Origin: an uncultured bacterium
GTDB taxonomy: Bacteria > Patescibacteriota > Minisyncoccia > Phycocordibacterales > Phycocordibacteraceae
Direction of reading: 5' to 3'
Assembly: GCA_963851445.1 (NCBI GenBank)
Contig: CAWKPH010000001.1
Span: 233,363 to 297,362 of the forward strand
DNA: 64,000 bases
Shown here: piece after piece, positions 28,785 to 38,202 of the stretch
Numbering within the stretch: the first letter of the stretch is position 1
How the letters are laid out: each line of letters starts with the position of its first letter
Position numbers and translations under genes: made by a program
Notes under the pieces: model-generated
Database searches by the model: none
The model's input: only the letters and a program-made list of their open reading frames with translations
Told to the model about the DNA's origin: nothing

Positions 28785-30311
28785 CTAAACGAATCCAGGA
28801 AAGAAATCTTTCTTTATGTTAAAACGAGACACACCAAGTTGGCTAAGTAGGTCACTAAAGGCGGTAATCATACCGTGAGGTCCAGATATATAAACGAGCC
28901 GCTGCTCATAATCTGGTATATAACTCAGAATCAGGTGTTGATCCACGGTCGCAGGATATTGTTTCGTGGCTAACATAGCAGGTGTTTGTTCTGTAATAAC
29001 TGGAATAATCCGTAAACCCAGTTCACGTACCGCCCTATTGAGAAGATCTCCATAGGCTATATCTTCGACTGTCTTGTTGGAATAAATCATTACAATATCG
29101 CGCTTCTCTTTTTTCTCGAGCATGTCTTCAATCATGCTTCGAAATGGTGTGACGCCAATCCCTCCTGCTATGAACACTAGTTTTTTCTTTTTATTTGCGG
29201 GAAGTGTAAAGTCGCCTGCAAGTTGTGAAGCAATTATTGGGTCTCCTCTTTTAAGGGAGAGGAGCTTTTTCTTGTAGGAGCTTGAGGGGTTGTAGAATTT
29301 AACACCAATTCGATAGTCAGTACTGTGCGGTGCTGAGGCAATGGTGAAATAACGACGTATGCCACGACTATCTGCCTTGTCGTGCGCAAGTGTCCATTCA
29401 AGATATTGTCCTGCAGTGAACTTTAGCTTTCTGTCTGAAGTAAAGACAAACTCATAGGTATCCTTTGCAAGTGGAATGCGATCCTTGAGGGTAAGTAGGA
29501 GCTTCATTTTCGGGCTCACGGCGTACACAAAGAGATTCCCCACAAGAAGTGCGAGTTCGGGCGTGAAATAGAAGGAGCCAATATGCACCTCAGGAGCAAA
29601 CAAAAACCCCACAAGCATCGCGTACCAAATACGCAAGAAGCGCGTTGGTGGTGTCGTAAGCGGTTCGGTCAGCATGACTGTCCCGAGAAAAACTGCGGGG
29701 GAATAAAGCAACGCTTCTTCCACGATATGGAATACCCCGCCTTGGACATACCCGAGAACAAGAACAGTTACGACAAGTGAGACACCGAACGCAAAAACCA
29801 TATCAAGACGTTTGATCTTGCGCGCAATAAGAAAACCGCCGAAGGCGACAAATGGCAACATCCAGAGTGTTCCCACCCACCACGTAGCTCCCTGATTAAG
29901 AAAAAATGCCGTAACTACGACACCAAAAGCTGCGGGGTTAAAGATATGTTTTTCTTTGAACGCAAAAATGTACTTTGAAGAAACCGATAGGGCAGCAGCC
30001 CATCCGGCAAGGGCAAGGAATTGGAAATCCCCAAATGCTGCTGGCGGTGTAATGATGAGCGCCAAAATGAGCGCCGTGATATAGGTTGATTCGGGATTAC
30101 TTGGGGCTTCGAAGAAGTATGCAAAGATCTTATTAACTACCCAGGCGATCACAAAAATGATCACCACAGAATAGAGAAGGTATTCCGGATTATATGGAAC
30201 CAAATGAAAGAAACCGAGTATTCCTGCTACCAGTAAAAGCCCAATGAGCTCGTACAATACAAGCTTGTACATCGTTATCTTATTCAAAATGTCATCGATG
30301 AAGCGCATCAT
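28785..30311 (-). CDS. fusion protein: N-terminal NqrB/RnfD-like polytopic membrane domain plus C-terminal ferredoxin-NAD(P)H reductase-like FAD/NAD-binding domain
   Basis: N-terminal 6-8 TM region with an NPAAFG motif, as in NQR2/RnfD/RnfE-family proteins. C-terminus has RRYFTIAS (RxYS FAD site) and GGIGVTPF (NAD(P)-binding) motifs. Overlaps the apbE gene by 4 nt. Confidence 0.7.
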   Translation of the reverse strand: MMRFIDDILNKITMYKLVLYELIGLLLVAGILGFFHLVPYNPEYLLYSVVIIFVIAWVVNKIFAYFFEAPSNPESTYITALILALIITPPAAFGDFQFLALAGWAAALSVSSKYIFAFKEKHIFNPAAFGVVVTAFFLNQGATWWVGTLWMLPFVAFGGFLIARKIKRLDMVFAFGVSLVVTVLVLGYVQGGVFHIVEEALLYSPAVFLGTVMLTEPLTTPPTRFLRIWYAMLVGFLFAPEVHIGSFYFTPELALLVGNLFVYAVSPKMKLLLTLKDRIPLAKDTYEFVFTSDRKLKFTAGQYLEWTLAHDKADSRGIRRYFTIASAPHSTDYRIGVKFYNPSSSYKKKLLSLKRGDPIIASQLAGDFTLPANKKKKLVFIAGGIGVTPFRSMIEDMLEKKEKRDIVMIYSNKTVEDIAYGDLLNRAVRELGLRIIPVITEQTPAMLATKQYPATVDQHLILSYIPDYEQRLVYISGPHGMITAFSDLLSQLGVSRFNIKKDFFPGFV

Positions 30312-31054
30312 ACAGTGGTGTATTGTTCAAAATTACTCGTCATAACCGCATTACCCTTTACATCGATAGCGTAGGCTTCAAACTCAGGCAACGTTTCAAG
30401 AAATTGCATACCTTCCTTCCCCATCACGAAAGCGGCCGTTGCGTAACGATCGGCTTCATACACATTGGGACCAATTACGGTGAGACTCACGAAGTCATCG
30501 GGATTGTGATCCGGGTCATGCGGATTATAAAGATGCTTCCCGCGAACATACGTCCCTGACGTAGCAACGCCCCTGCCATGCGGATACATCACTTTTACCA
30601 CTTCCTCTCGAGCAAAGGGATTACGAACCCCGATGCTCCATTCTTTCCCTTGGCTAGTAACACCGTTCGTTTGAATGTCTCCTGCAATCTCCAGATAGAA
30701 ATCTTTAAATCCTTTGAGAGCGAGCTTGGCAGCAGCCTTTTGAATTGCCCAGCCCTTCACGAGACCTGAGGGATCGAACGAACCCCCCGGTGTAGTGACG
30801 CTGAAGTAGCCGTGCGTGGCTTTGAAGGTTTCCTTCGAGAGTTCAATCACTTCCCGCATTTCATTGCTGAACTCGTTTTCGCCGATCTCATGTCGGTTAA
30901 TCTTTGATACTTCGCTCTCGTCTTTGTAGGTGCTGAATCGTTTATCTACTTCAGTGAGGTAGTCAAAGATGCTGTCATAGTCGGTTTGTGTCGCGTTTGC
31001 ATCAACGATCTCAAGCAGCACGGGCATACCCATGATGAGTCGGGTCTGTCGCAT
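30308..31054 (-). CDS. apbE: FAD:protein FMN transferase (ApbE family)
   Basis: ApbE fold motifs (…STYKDESEVS…, …GLVKGWA…, …GDIQTNG…, …ATSGTY…). Confidence 0.9.
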   Translation of the reverse strand: MRQTRLIMGMPVLLEIVDANATQTDYDSIFDYLTEVDKRFSTYKDESEVSKINRHEIGENEFSNEMREVIELSKETFKATHGYFSVTTPGGSFDPSGLVKGWAIQKAAAKLALKGFKDFYLEIAGDIQTNGVTSQGKEWSIGVRNPFAREEVVKVMYPHGRGVATSGTYVRGKHLYNPHDPDHNPDDFVSLTVIGPNVYEADRYATAAFVMGKEGMQFLETLPEFEAYAIDVKGNAVMTSNFEQYTTV

Positions 31055-31056
31055 AT

Positions 31057-31695
31057 CTATGCTTGTGCCTGCGAGAGTGCACTTGCAAGAGACTGCTCGA
31101 AGGCAGCGCTTGAATCAGAGGCACCTGATACCCCGTCTACATTTGCGCTCTGCGCCTGGATAGCTTCAGCTTTTAGTTCTGGCATCGCCTGTTGATTAAT
31201 GAAACGCGAGGTGCTTCGATCGCTGGGATACTGCAAGAATACAACATCAGTTAGTTTCCCGCCTGAGATCACGGCCTCAACTTGAATATTGCCGTAGTAT
31301 GCATTAGCAGTGCTACCGGTATAGGTCCCATCTACATACTCACCTGTTGAGGTTTTCTGGGGGGGCGGTGTTTGCACTGGGGTAGGGGTAACCGAGACGG
31401 TGGGTTGGGTTGGTGTAGGAGTCGTATTCACCGGTGGTGCGGCTCCTGGGGCGCTGTTGGCGCTACTTACCGGGAATGTCACTGGGCCCGAGGTATTGGT
31501 GGGTGGAATAGTAACGGCCGTAACAGGTTGTTGGGCGTTTGTCGCATTGGTGAAATAGTTGTAAGTGGCATAGGCACCAAACGCTACAACAAAAAAGGCA
31601 GAGACAAGGAATTTCTTCATAGAATCGAGTGGTTTATACTTAATAGTACGAGCAATTCCTGCTTTTATTTCATTATGGTGACTAACAAGGTTCAT
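31057..31695 (-). CDS. FMN-binding domain protein with an N-terminal membrane anchor and a Pro/Thr-rich linker. Probable flavinylated extracytosolic protein
   Basis: C-terminal FMN_bind-like domain with the flavinylation motif context VDGVSGASDSS ([DS]xx[ST]GA[ST]). TM at the N-terminus (likely start MKKFLVSAFFVV). Low-complexity PT linker. Confidence 0.75.
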   Translation of the reverse strand: MNLVSHHNEIKAGIARTIKYKPLDSMKKFLVSAFFVVAFGAYATYNYFTNATNAQQPVTAVTIPPTNTSGPVTFPVSSANSAPGAAPPVNTTPTPTQPTVSVTPTPVQTPPPQKTSTGEYVDGTYTGSTANAYYGNIQVEAVISGGKLTDVVFLQYPSDRSTSRFINQQAMPELKAEAIQAQSANVDGVSGASDSSAAFEQSLASALSQAQA

Positions 31696-32412
31696 TTAGA
31701 TCTTTTGGGCGAGGATAAAAATACTGGGTCCGAAATGTATCTTCGCAAACGGTACCTGTAGAACTTTTTCAAGTTGTAATGACGCATTCATTGGAAGAAG
31801 CCGTTTTAGCAAAGACGAACGCAGATTAGAGACTGACAATTCTTTTATAATCATAAAACCCTCCTCTCGTAAGGCCCTCTTGATACTAGCGGGATGATGG
31901 TTAACAAATGGGACTCCCATATTCTTGTTACCTATATGGGTGGTGGAAAGCAATATGGGACCAAATCTTTGTCTGATTCTTGCCTTGAAATTTGCAGAGT
32001 TCGGAAATTCCAAAAGAAAGAGTCCTTTCGGTTTGAGTATTCTTCCAATTTCACGGAAACTTGGCTTCGGGTGTAGCAAATGATGCATCACGCGTACCAT
32101 GACGACAAGGTCGCAAGATTCATCCGTAAGTCCTGTACATTCTGAGTTTCCTTCAAATTGCATCGGCGGGGTATGGGTGAACTTTTTTATTAGATCTAGC
32201 TGCACGTGCGCAGGATCGACCACAATCATTTTCTTGCTGTACTCAGATAAAATATCGACGAGACGACCGTACCCGCCTCCAATATCAGCTGTGGTGTCGA
32301 ATTTATGATCACCAAGGAGCTTTCGTATGGCAAATAGTTCTGCCTGATGCTCATATTCTCTACCATTCCAGAAATCGGGGTAGGAGAATCTAGGGTCGTT
32401 ATAGTACTTCAT
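31696..32412 (-). CDS. class I SAM-dependent methyltransferase
   Basis: ADIGGGYGRLV (motif I), ...VDPA... and DLVVMVRVMHHL motifs. Confidence 0.8.
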   Translation of the reverse strand: MKYYNDPRFSYPDFWNGREYEHQAELFAIRKLLGDHKFDTTADIGGGYGRLVDILSEYSKKMIVVDPAHVQLDLIKKFTHTPPMQFEGNSECTGLTDESCDLVVMVRVMHHLLHPKPSFREIGRILKPKGLFLLEFPNSANFKARIRQRFGPILLSTTHIGNKNMGVPFVNHHPASIKRALREEGFMIIKELSVSNLRSSLLKRLLPMNASLQLEKVLQVPFAKIHFGPSIFILAQKI

Positions 32413-32594
32413 GCGAGCGAGACTTTATAACGCCGGCCACTACGACTCCCGTCGAGGGGCCGTAGTGGCCGAAACAGTTTTATGTAGCATTACCCGTAGT
32501 ACGTAGGAGCGATCAATTTATTACCTACAGTGAGCATCTCTCATTGAAACTATGTTCTAGGTAGTTCTGTTCTAAGAAATAAGACCAGGTTGCT

Positions 32595-32780
32595 ATGAAA
32601 TACCTTAAATATCTAGTGGTCATTGGGGACGTTGTTTTCATTTTCTGGATTCTCTACAACGCTATTGATTCTGGATTCCAAAATGCTGCAAGTCTTCAAA
32701 ATATTGCATTGTTCGGATTGATAGTCCTCCTTTTACTTAATATCACCCTCCTGTTTCGCGGTATATCCTTGAATAAGTAG
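32595..32780 (+). CDS. small two-TM membrane protein
   Basis: 61 aa, two hydrophobic helices. Confidence 0.3.
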   Translation: MKYLKYLVVIGDVVFIFWILYNAIDSGFQNAASLQNIALFGLIVLLLLNITLLFRGISLNK

Positions 32781-32790
32781 CGTGCTAGAT

Positions 32791-32970
32791 CTAATTACTT
32801 TTACTCTTAAGCAGTGATTGCAGCGAGATTATAATCACCATGATACTTAGAATACCCGTCAGGTATTCTACAACGGTATGAGTTTCCCCAACCTTAAATA
32901 GGTCATGCCACATGAGGAAATCAACAAAGAGAAACCCGAGAATGAGAACTACGTCAATTATCTTTTTCAT
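32791..32970 (-). CDS. small two-TM membrane protein (59 aa, below the track cutoff)
   Basis: Manual translation: MKKIIDVVLILGFLFVDFLMWHDLFKVGETHTVVEYLTGILSIMVIIISLQSLLKSKSN*. Convergent with the previous small gene. Confidence 0.3.
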   Translation of the reverse strand: MKKIIDVVLILGFLFVDFLMWHDLFKVGETHTVVEYLTGILSIMVIIISLQSLLKSKSN

Positions 32971-33013
32971 GTATTTAGTAGTACCACAGAAGTTCTGTAG
33001 AAGTTACTCGCTC

Positions 33014-33739
33014 TCAAAATGTACCTGGCGTTAGCATCTGAATATGTTCAGCTTCTATGTATCCTCTCGGCTCAGGGTCACCGAACACGAGAACATCGTC
33101 TCCAATGTGCGGAAGCATGAGGCCGCTATTTGGTGGAATCTGTACCGTGAACATACCGTCGTCGCGATCGTAGTCATGATCATCATGGTACACAACGAAC
33201 GAAGTCTGACTGGTTGAAACAACTACACCCTCACAGAATCCTTCGTTTTCATGCGAATCAAAGATATGTTCATATGAAGAACCTATAATTGGTAATTCAT
33301 TTTTATCGGCAGATGTAAGTAGTATTTCGTGAAGCGGTGTAAAGTTGATAAGCACGCCAAGGACAATGCTTATTCCAATGATCCCAAGAAAGATATTCAG
33401 GAGCGGCAACCGGTAGCCGAACTTAAAGCCTTGCAAGAGCCACTCGAGTAAAAAGAGGAGCGCGATGGTAAAAAGCGTAGGTACCCAGGGGAAAAGTATG
33501 AAAAATACCTCGATGCCATGCAACCCAAAGCCGAGTAAGAACTGCTCCCCACTCTCATGGAGACTAAAGAGAATAAAACTGATAACGAAAGCCGATGCAA
33601 CAAGCAAGAGAACACTCACAACGACGGTCGCCACGACACGCATAACGAAATAGGAGCGTGGGCGGCGATGAATCTCCCCGCCTCGAACCTTATCGAGGAC
33701 TGCTTGCTGTATGGAATCTTTAGGCTGGTTGTCGTTCAT
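33014..33739 (-). CDS. putative membrane-bound anti-sigma factor (4 TM plus extracytoplasmic domain), translationally coupled to the ECF sigma gene
   Basis: Overlaps the sigma gene stop by 4 nt. Short cytoplasmic N-terminus followed by TM helices. Assignment is by position. Confidence 0.5.
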   Translation of the reverse strand: MNDNQPKDSIQQAVLDKVRGGEIHRRPRSYFVMRVVATVVVSVLLLVASAFVISFILFSLHESGEQFLLGFGLHGIEVFFILFPWVPTLFTIALLFLLEWLLQGFKFGYRLPLLNIFLGIIGISIVLGVLINFTPLHEILLTSADKNELPIIGSSYEHIFDSHENEGFCEGVVVSTSQTSFVVYHDDHDYDRDDGMFTVQIPPNSGLMLPHIGDDVLVFGDPEPRGYIEAEHIQMLTPGTF

Positions 33740-34314
33740 AGTATAAACGCAGAAGCATCTGGCAGCACCTTTCTAAGATTCGCACGAGCGCGCGCTAAAC
33801 GCACCCCTACCGTACTCACAGGCACATGAAGCACGTCGGCTATTTCCCTATAACTAAGCTCTTCAAAGTAGAACAGAACGATTATTTCGCGCTGAGCAAC
33901 AGGAAGTACACTAAGACCTTTCTCTACTAGTACGCGGATTTCTTCACTTTCTTTCTCTTTCACATACTCGTCTTCGTGGATTGGATGCGAGACAATCTTG
34001 TCGAAATCAAGCCCATAAACTGGCTGCCTCGTTCTCTGTCGCAGGACGTCCACGAATGCATTATGCGCAATACGATATATCCAGGGTGAAAATCGTTGAT
34101 GCGTGTCGAAACCTTCTATATTCTGATACGCTGCTATAAAAATATCCTGTACTGCTTGGCGCAAAACATCTTCTCCCTGACCACCGAGAAACCGCTGTCC
34201 GTACCGCATTAATTTCGGCTCGTATCGTTGCATGAGCTCTGAAAGGGCGTGCTCATCACCACCTTGTAGGCGTTCGGCAAGTGTCTCATCAGTGCTGTCG
34301 GCAATATCAGGCAT
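33736..34314 (-). CDS. ECF-type RNA polymerase sigma-70 factor
   Basis: Region 2 (…FIAAYQNIEGFD…FSPWIYRIAHN…) and region 4 HTH (LSYREIADVLHVPVSTVGVRLARAR). Confidence 0.85.
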   Translation of the reverse strand: MPDIADSTDETLAERLQGGDEHALSELMQRYEPKLMRYGQRFLGGQGEDVLRQAVQDIFIAAYQNIEGFDTHQRFSPWIYRIAHNAFVDVLRQRTRQPVYGLDFDKIVSHPIHEDEYVKEKESEEIRVLVEKGLSVLPVAQREIIVLFYFEELSYREIADVLHVPVSTVGVRLARARANLRKVLPDASAFIL

Positions 34315-34383
34315 GAAAGCTAAGTAACTATATCAGGAGTATAGAAATGGCCGGGCGTCGATACGCCCGGCCAAAAGTTCGTG

Positions 34384-35421
34384 TTAGAGATTCGCGGCTT
34401 TCCGCATGAGAGGTGCGATGTCTTCTTTTTTTACTCCCGCCGCAGCAAGCTGGTTGCCGTAAAGCCACCAGAACGCGACAACTCCTTGGTTGACGACCAT
34501 CGGAACGCCGTCGAGCGTAGCAAAGCCGAGTTCGCGTGCTTGTCGCAACATTGTTGTCTCGACATTCCTCAGGCGAACATCAGAGACGATGAGTGTTGAG
34601 GGCGCCGTTGCGAGGAGTTCAGCAGCTGAAGCGGCATTCGCCTCGATCGACTCCGGTGTGACCGGCAACTCCATGACGCCGAGGGTCGAGTAGTCATCGA
34701 GCGGTGACGTAGCATCGTCGATAACAGAGACCACTGCATCAGAAGTTGTCAGAAAATGCTGGAGCAATTCCCTGCTGCCGCCTACGGCCTTCTCATCATT
34801 GCGATACTCGTTCACGCTCTGCGCGAGTTCTCGAGCTCGCGACTCAGTCCGGTTCAAGATCGTAATATTGGCTCCTCGATCAGCAAGTGCAAAAGCAATC
34901 GCCCGCCCGGTTCCGCCAGCCCCGAGCATAAGAACGCGGGAGTCCTTGATGCTACGGCCTTGTGCGCGAAATGCTTCTTCGAGACTCTCAGCATATCCAA
35001 CGCCGTCAGTGTTATCGCCAATAAGTCTCCCATCAGCTTCTCTCTTAATGACATTCACCGCGCCGATCGCTTTCGCAAGCGGCGTTGTATCGTCAAGTTC
35101 GGGAATGATGAGCTCCTTGAATCCAGAACCCGAGCCACCGCCCGCATACTTCGGGTCGTCTCGCAGTGACGACACAATGTTGTGAACCTTTGCAGGATCG
35201 CCGACCACCATAGCCATCACAGCATTGATGCCGTATAGCTTGTAGAGCGCATTCCACATTGCCGGCGTCTTGCCGGGATAGTCGTGGTCGATAGGCGTGA
35301 TCGTGTAACGATCGTGCCGACGAAGTTCGTCGAACGACTGCGGGTTATTCGCTGGGCTACCCGCAAGAACCACGTGTGTTTCTAACATAGTTGTTCTTTC
35401 ATTCATGGTTGGTACGGGCAA
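34384..35421 (-). CDS. shikimate/quinate dehydrogenase family protein (AroE-like), GC-rich
   Basis: GDNTDGVG catalytic motif and LGAGGTGRA NAD(P)-binding loop. About 58% GC against a ~50% background. Confidence 0.7.
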   Translation of the reverse strand: MPVPTMNERTTMLETHVVLAGSPANNPQSFDELRRHDRYTITPIDHDYPGKTPAMWNALYKLYGINAVMAMVVGDPAKVHNIVSSLRDDPKYAGGGSGSGFKELIIPELDDTTPLAKAIGAVNVIKREADGRLIGDNTDGVGYAESLEEAFRAQGRSIKDSRVLMLGAGGTGRAIAFALADRGANITILNRTESRARELAQSVNEYRNDEKAVGGSRELLQHFLTTSDAVVSVIDDATSPLDDYSTLGVMELPVTPESIEANAASAAELLATAPSTLIVSDVRLRNVETTMLRQARELGFATLDGVPMVVNQGVVAFWWLYGNQLAAAGVKKEDIAPLMRKAANL

Positions 35422-35427
35422 CGATAT

Positions 35428-35838
35428 TTAGAGGTACGCGAAGGTGGTCTTGGTGACTATAGAGTTTGGGCCGATTTCACTCGGTGACAAGTTGTAGAGA
35501 ATGCCGAGCTGGTAGATGAGCGACTGAGCGTCAGCGACGTCGGGCGTAGAGCCTTCAAAGTCACTGGGTTCAAGCTCAACGATGCGAGAGGCTTTCACCT
35601 CATGCACCTGAACAGGTATCTCAATATCGGGACAGACCCGGCCGAAGACACCGGCCCATTCAGCGCCGACTTTCTCAATGATCCTGACGCGCAGGATCTC
35701 GCCTTCCTGGAAACCTTTTGGGTCACCGTTCAGGCGTTTGCCGGGACGAAATATGGTGGTGACATGCCGATTCAGTACGAGATCGGCATAGATCCTCCTA
35801 AACCATATCTCGCCGCGGGGAGGGGTTGTTTCTGACAT
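35428..35838 (-). CDS. hypothetical protein, possibly ASCH/PUA-like fold, GC-rich
   Basis: 136-aa ORF immediately downstream of the aroE-like gene. The domain call is weak and by composition only. Confidence 0.4.
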   Translation of the reverse strand: MSETTPPRGEIWFRRIYADLVLNRHVTTIFRPGKRLNGDPKGFQEGEILRVRIIEKVGAEWAGVFGRVCPDIEIPVQVHEVKASRIVELEPSDFEGSTPDVADAQSLIYQLGILYNLSPSEIGPNSIVTKTTFAYL

Positions 35839-36006
35839 GCACGTTCTCCCGTGTACAAGTTGTTCCGTATTAGTACGGGTAATCTGGAACGAATATTACA
35901 CCTAATTGATTTGTTAAGACATGGGTATGAAAAAATCAGACTAGGGACTAGGAGTATCGAACTAAATTCGAGGGCTCGACATACAAAACAAGGGCTCTGA
36001 CTGCTG

Positions 36007-36077
36007 TGCGGGATAGGAGAATCGAACTCCTGCTATCAGTTTGGAAAACTGATGTTCTACCATTAAACTAATCCCGC
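36007..36077 (-). tRNA. tRNA-Gly (anticodon TCC)
   Basis: Reverse complement GCGGGATTAGTTTAATGGTAGAACATCAGTTTTCCAAACTGATAGCAGGAGTTCGATTCTCCTATCCCGCA folds as a cloverleaf. Anticodon loop TTTCCAA. T-loop TTCGATT. Closely resembles canonical bacterial tRNA-Gly(UCC). No encoded CCA. Confidence 0.8.
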
Positions 36078-36159
36078 TTGGACTCGAGAATACCATATTT
36101 ACTCTGCTCACGCTCCAAAGAGCGCTGTATTTTTAACTTTTTTGCCGTAGCATAGGAAT

Positions 36160-37290
36160 ATGAAAAGAAACGGACTGCTGATTGGAGTTTGTGTCGTAGG
36201 AGTTATCATTGCGGCGACTGCAGCCTTCTACGTAGCTGACAAATCAGCCCCGAGTCCCCAAACAGTAACAACTGCATCCTCCACTACTGCCACTAGTACA
36301 CCTCTCCTAGCCACTACAACGTCAAGCACGGCTTCTTCGACACGGAGTGTTGCGAATATCGCCTCTGTAGCAAATATTGCCTCAGCAGCTACGTCAGAGG
36401 CTGCTCCTGCGCAAGATCAAGCGGTAGAGTCATCCCAAGAACTCACGGCATCTGGTGGCGCGCTTCTCAAGTCGCTCGTGAACATAGTGTGTCTTTCGGA
36501 TAACCCTTCTATACCTTCAATCTCCGGCTCAGGTGTCATAATCGACTCGCGTGGAATTATCCTCACCGCTGCACATGTCGCTCAATTTTTTCTCTTGCAA
36601 GACTATCTTGGGGAGAATTCTGTTGAGTGTCTCATACGCACTGGTAGTCCCGCGCGAAGAGCATACACTGCAGAGCCAATTTACGTCTCTAAGAGTTGGA
36701 TAGAGAATAACCCAGATACCCTCACCACAACGAATCCTAAGGGGACTGGTCAATATGATGTTGCTCTTCTCGCGATCACTGGCACCGCTACTTCCACTCC
36801 CCTTCCAAGTTCTTTTCCTGCAATCCCTCTTGCTACTACTGATCCGCAACCCAACGAGCAGGTTGCAGTTGGCTCCTATGGTGCACAATACCTCACCAGT
36901 ACTCAATTGAATTACTCGCTCTACCCCATCATTATCTTTGGCGATATTGTAGATCGTTACACCTACCAGGCTGGTAGCGTTGATGTAATTGCCGTTCAAG
37001 GGAGTGCAGCGGCTCAGGAAGGCTCATCGGGAGGAGGCATTGTGAACGCAGCGGGTCAGCTCGTTGGCACTATTACGACAAGCGCGGTTAACGGTACTAT
37101 AGCTAACCGTGTCCTCAATGCAGTTACTCCTGAGCATTTACGAAGCACCTATCTACTTGATACTGGAAACGATTTGGATACAGTACTCGGAAGCGAAAGC
37201 TTGTCTTCACTTGTTGCTGGATTCGCGAACGAATCTAAGATACTGGGTGCGCAATTAATGAGTGATGTGCAAACATCATCAGGAGCGTAG
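36160..37290 (+). CDS. membrane-anchored trypsin-like serine peptidase (S1 family, no PDZ)
   Basis: N-terminal TM. His (ILTAAHV) and Ser (GSSGGGI) catalytic motifs. Ser/Thr/Ala-rich linker. Confidence 0.8.
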   Translation: MKRNGLLIGVCVVGVIIAATAAFYVADKSAPSPQTVTTASSTTATSTPLLATTTSSTASSTRSVANIASVANIASAATSEAAPAQDQAVESSQELTASGGALLKSLVNIVCLSDNPSIPSISGSGVIIDSRGIILTAAHVAQFFLLQDYLGENSVECLIRTGSPARRAYTAEPIYVSKSWIENNPDTLTTTNPKGTGQYDVALLAITGTATSTPLPSSFPAIPLATTDPQPNEQVAVGSYGAQYLTSTQLNYSLYPIIIFGDIVDRYTYQAGSVDVIAVQGSAAAQEGSSGGGIVNAAGQLVGTITTSAVNGTIANRVLNAVTPEHLRSTYLLDTGNDLDTVLGSESLSSLVAGFANESKILGAQLMSDVQTSSGA

Positions 37291-37319
37291 CAGACTGCAC
37301 CAGCACTTAGTTACACTTT

Positions 37320-38093
37320 TTATACCACTTCTATTTCCACTCCGACTGCGTGGTGATCTGATCCGTGTGCATCAGCTTGAACTGTCGCATTTAGAACTTT
37401 GAATTGTTTTGAAATCAATATGTGATCGAGTTGAGAACGAGAAATATCATGCGTGATCTTACCTCGAAGTGGATTCCTGAAACCATGTTCGGCGAATCGT
37501 TTTTCAAATAGTGCTCGCTCAGGATAGTACGGCATCGCTTCTCGAATAGGTGCACCCAGTAACCAAGTTAGTATTTTCATCGGCGGGTATTCGATTACGT
37601 TAAAGTCGCCGGCTATGATTGTTGGCATATTTGCATCAACATATTTTGCTACGATACTGAATTCTTTTGCTCTATGTGTTGGCCCCCAAAGTATGAGATG
37701 CACTGAAAAGATTCGAACCTTCTTCCCGTTCAAGAGAATATCAGCGTATATCCCACCCCGACCCGACAGAAAAGCGAATTTCGCGACACGCATGAGATGA
37801 ATAAAGAGTCGGGTACGGAGCGAGACGGCGAGCTCAGGAAACTGGAATGTACCGTGTCCTACAATCTGGTGTTTTGAGAGAATCGCGACATAATTTTCTT
37901 CTCTTTGCTTAGAATAGGTTCGAACGACATCAATGTGGTATACGAGTTTGAATGGAAAGGTCTTTATAATGGCCAGCATTTCCGGCGTCAGTTCTTGGAG
38001 GCAAAATACGTCGAAATCGAGCGTTTCGATGAAATTACAGAGCTCCTTTACCTTCTTGTTGTTACAAAGCACATTCCAGGAATACACTTTCAT
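37320..38093 (-). CDS. endonuclease/exonuclease/phosphatase (EEP) family protein
   Basis: MKVYSWNVL..., CLQEL, IIAGDFN and GSDHHAV motifs of the EEP fold. Confidence 0.8.
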   Translation of the reverse strand: MKVYSWNVLCNNKKVKELCNFIETLDFDVFCLQELTPEMLAIIKTFPFKLVYHIDVVRTYSKQREENYVAILSKHQIVGHGTFQFPELAVSLRTRLFIHLMRVAKFAFLSGRGGIYADILLNGKKVRIFSVHLILWGPTHRAKEFSIVAKYVDANMPTIIAGDFNVIEYPPMKILTWLLGAPIREAMPYYPERALFEKRFAEHGFRNPLRGKITHDISRSQLDHILISKQFKVLNATVQADAHGSDHHAVGVEIEVV

Positions 38094-38131
38094 GCAGGAT
38101 ATATAGTGTAAATATTGATGAGGAAACCGTG

Positions 38132-38202
38132 TCGGGCTGCTGGGAATCGAACCCAGTCATCATGCTCCCAAAGCAAGCGTACTACCGGTATACGACAGCC
38201 CG
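38132..38202 (-). tRNA. tRNA-Pro (anticodon TGG)
   Basis: Reverse complement CGGGCTGTCGTATACCGGTAGTACGCTTGCTTTGGGAGCATGATGACTGGGTTCGATTCCCAGCAGCCCGA. Anticodon loop TTTGGGA with G37. T-loop TTCGATT. Confidence 0.75.

Noticed and set aside
34756-35185. Plus-strand ORFs antisense to the AroE-like gene
   Set aside because: GC-rich shadow frames (Ala/Arg/Ser-rich). The AroE-like frame carries the GDNTDGxG and GAGGxG motifs.
36007-36077. Initial reading of this tRNA as tRNA-Trp (CCA)
   Set aside because: Re-folding places the 7-nt loop as TTTCCAA (positions 34-36 = TCC). The overall sequence closely matches canonical tRNA-Gly(UCC).
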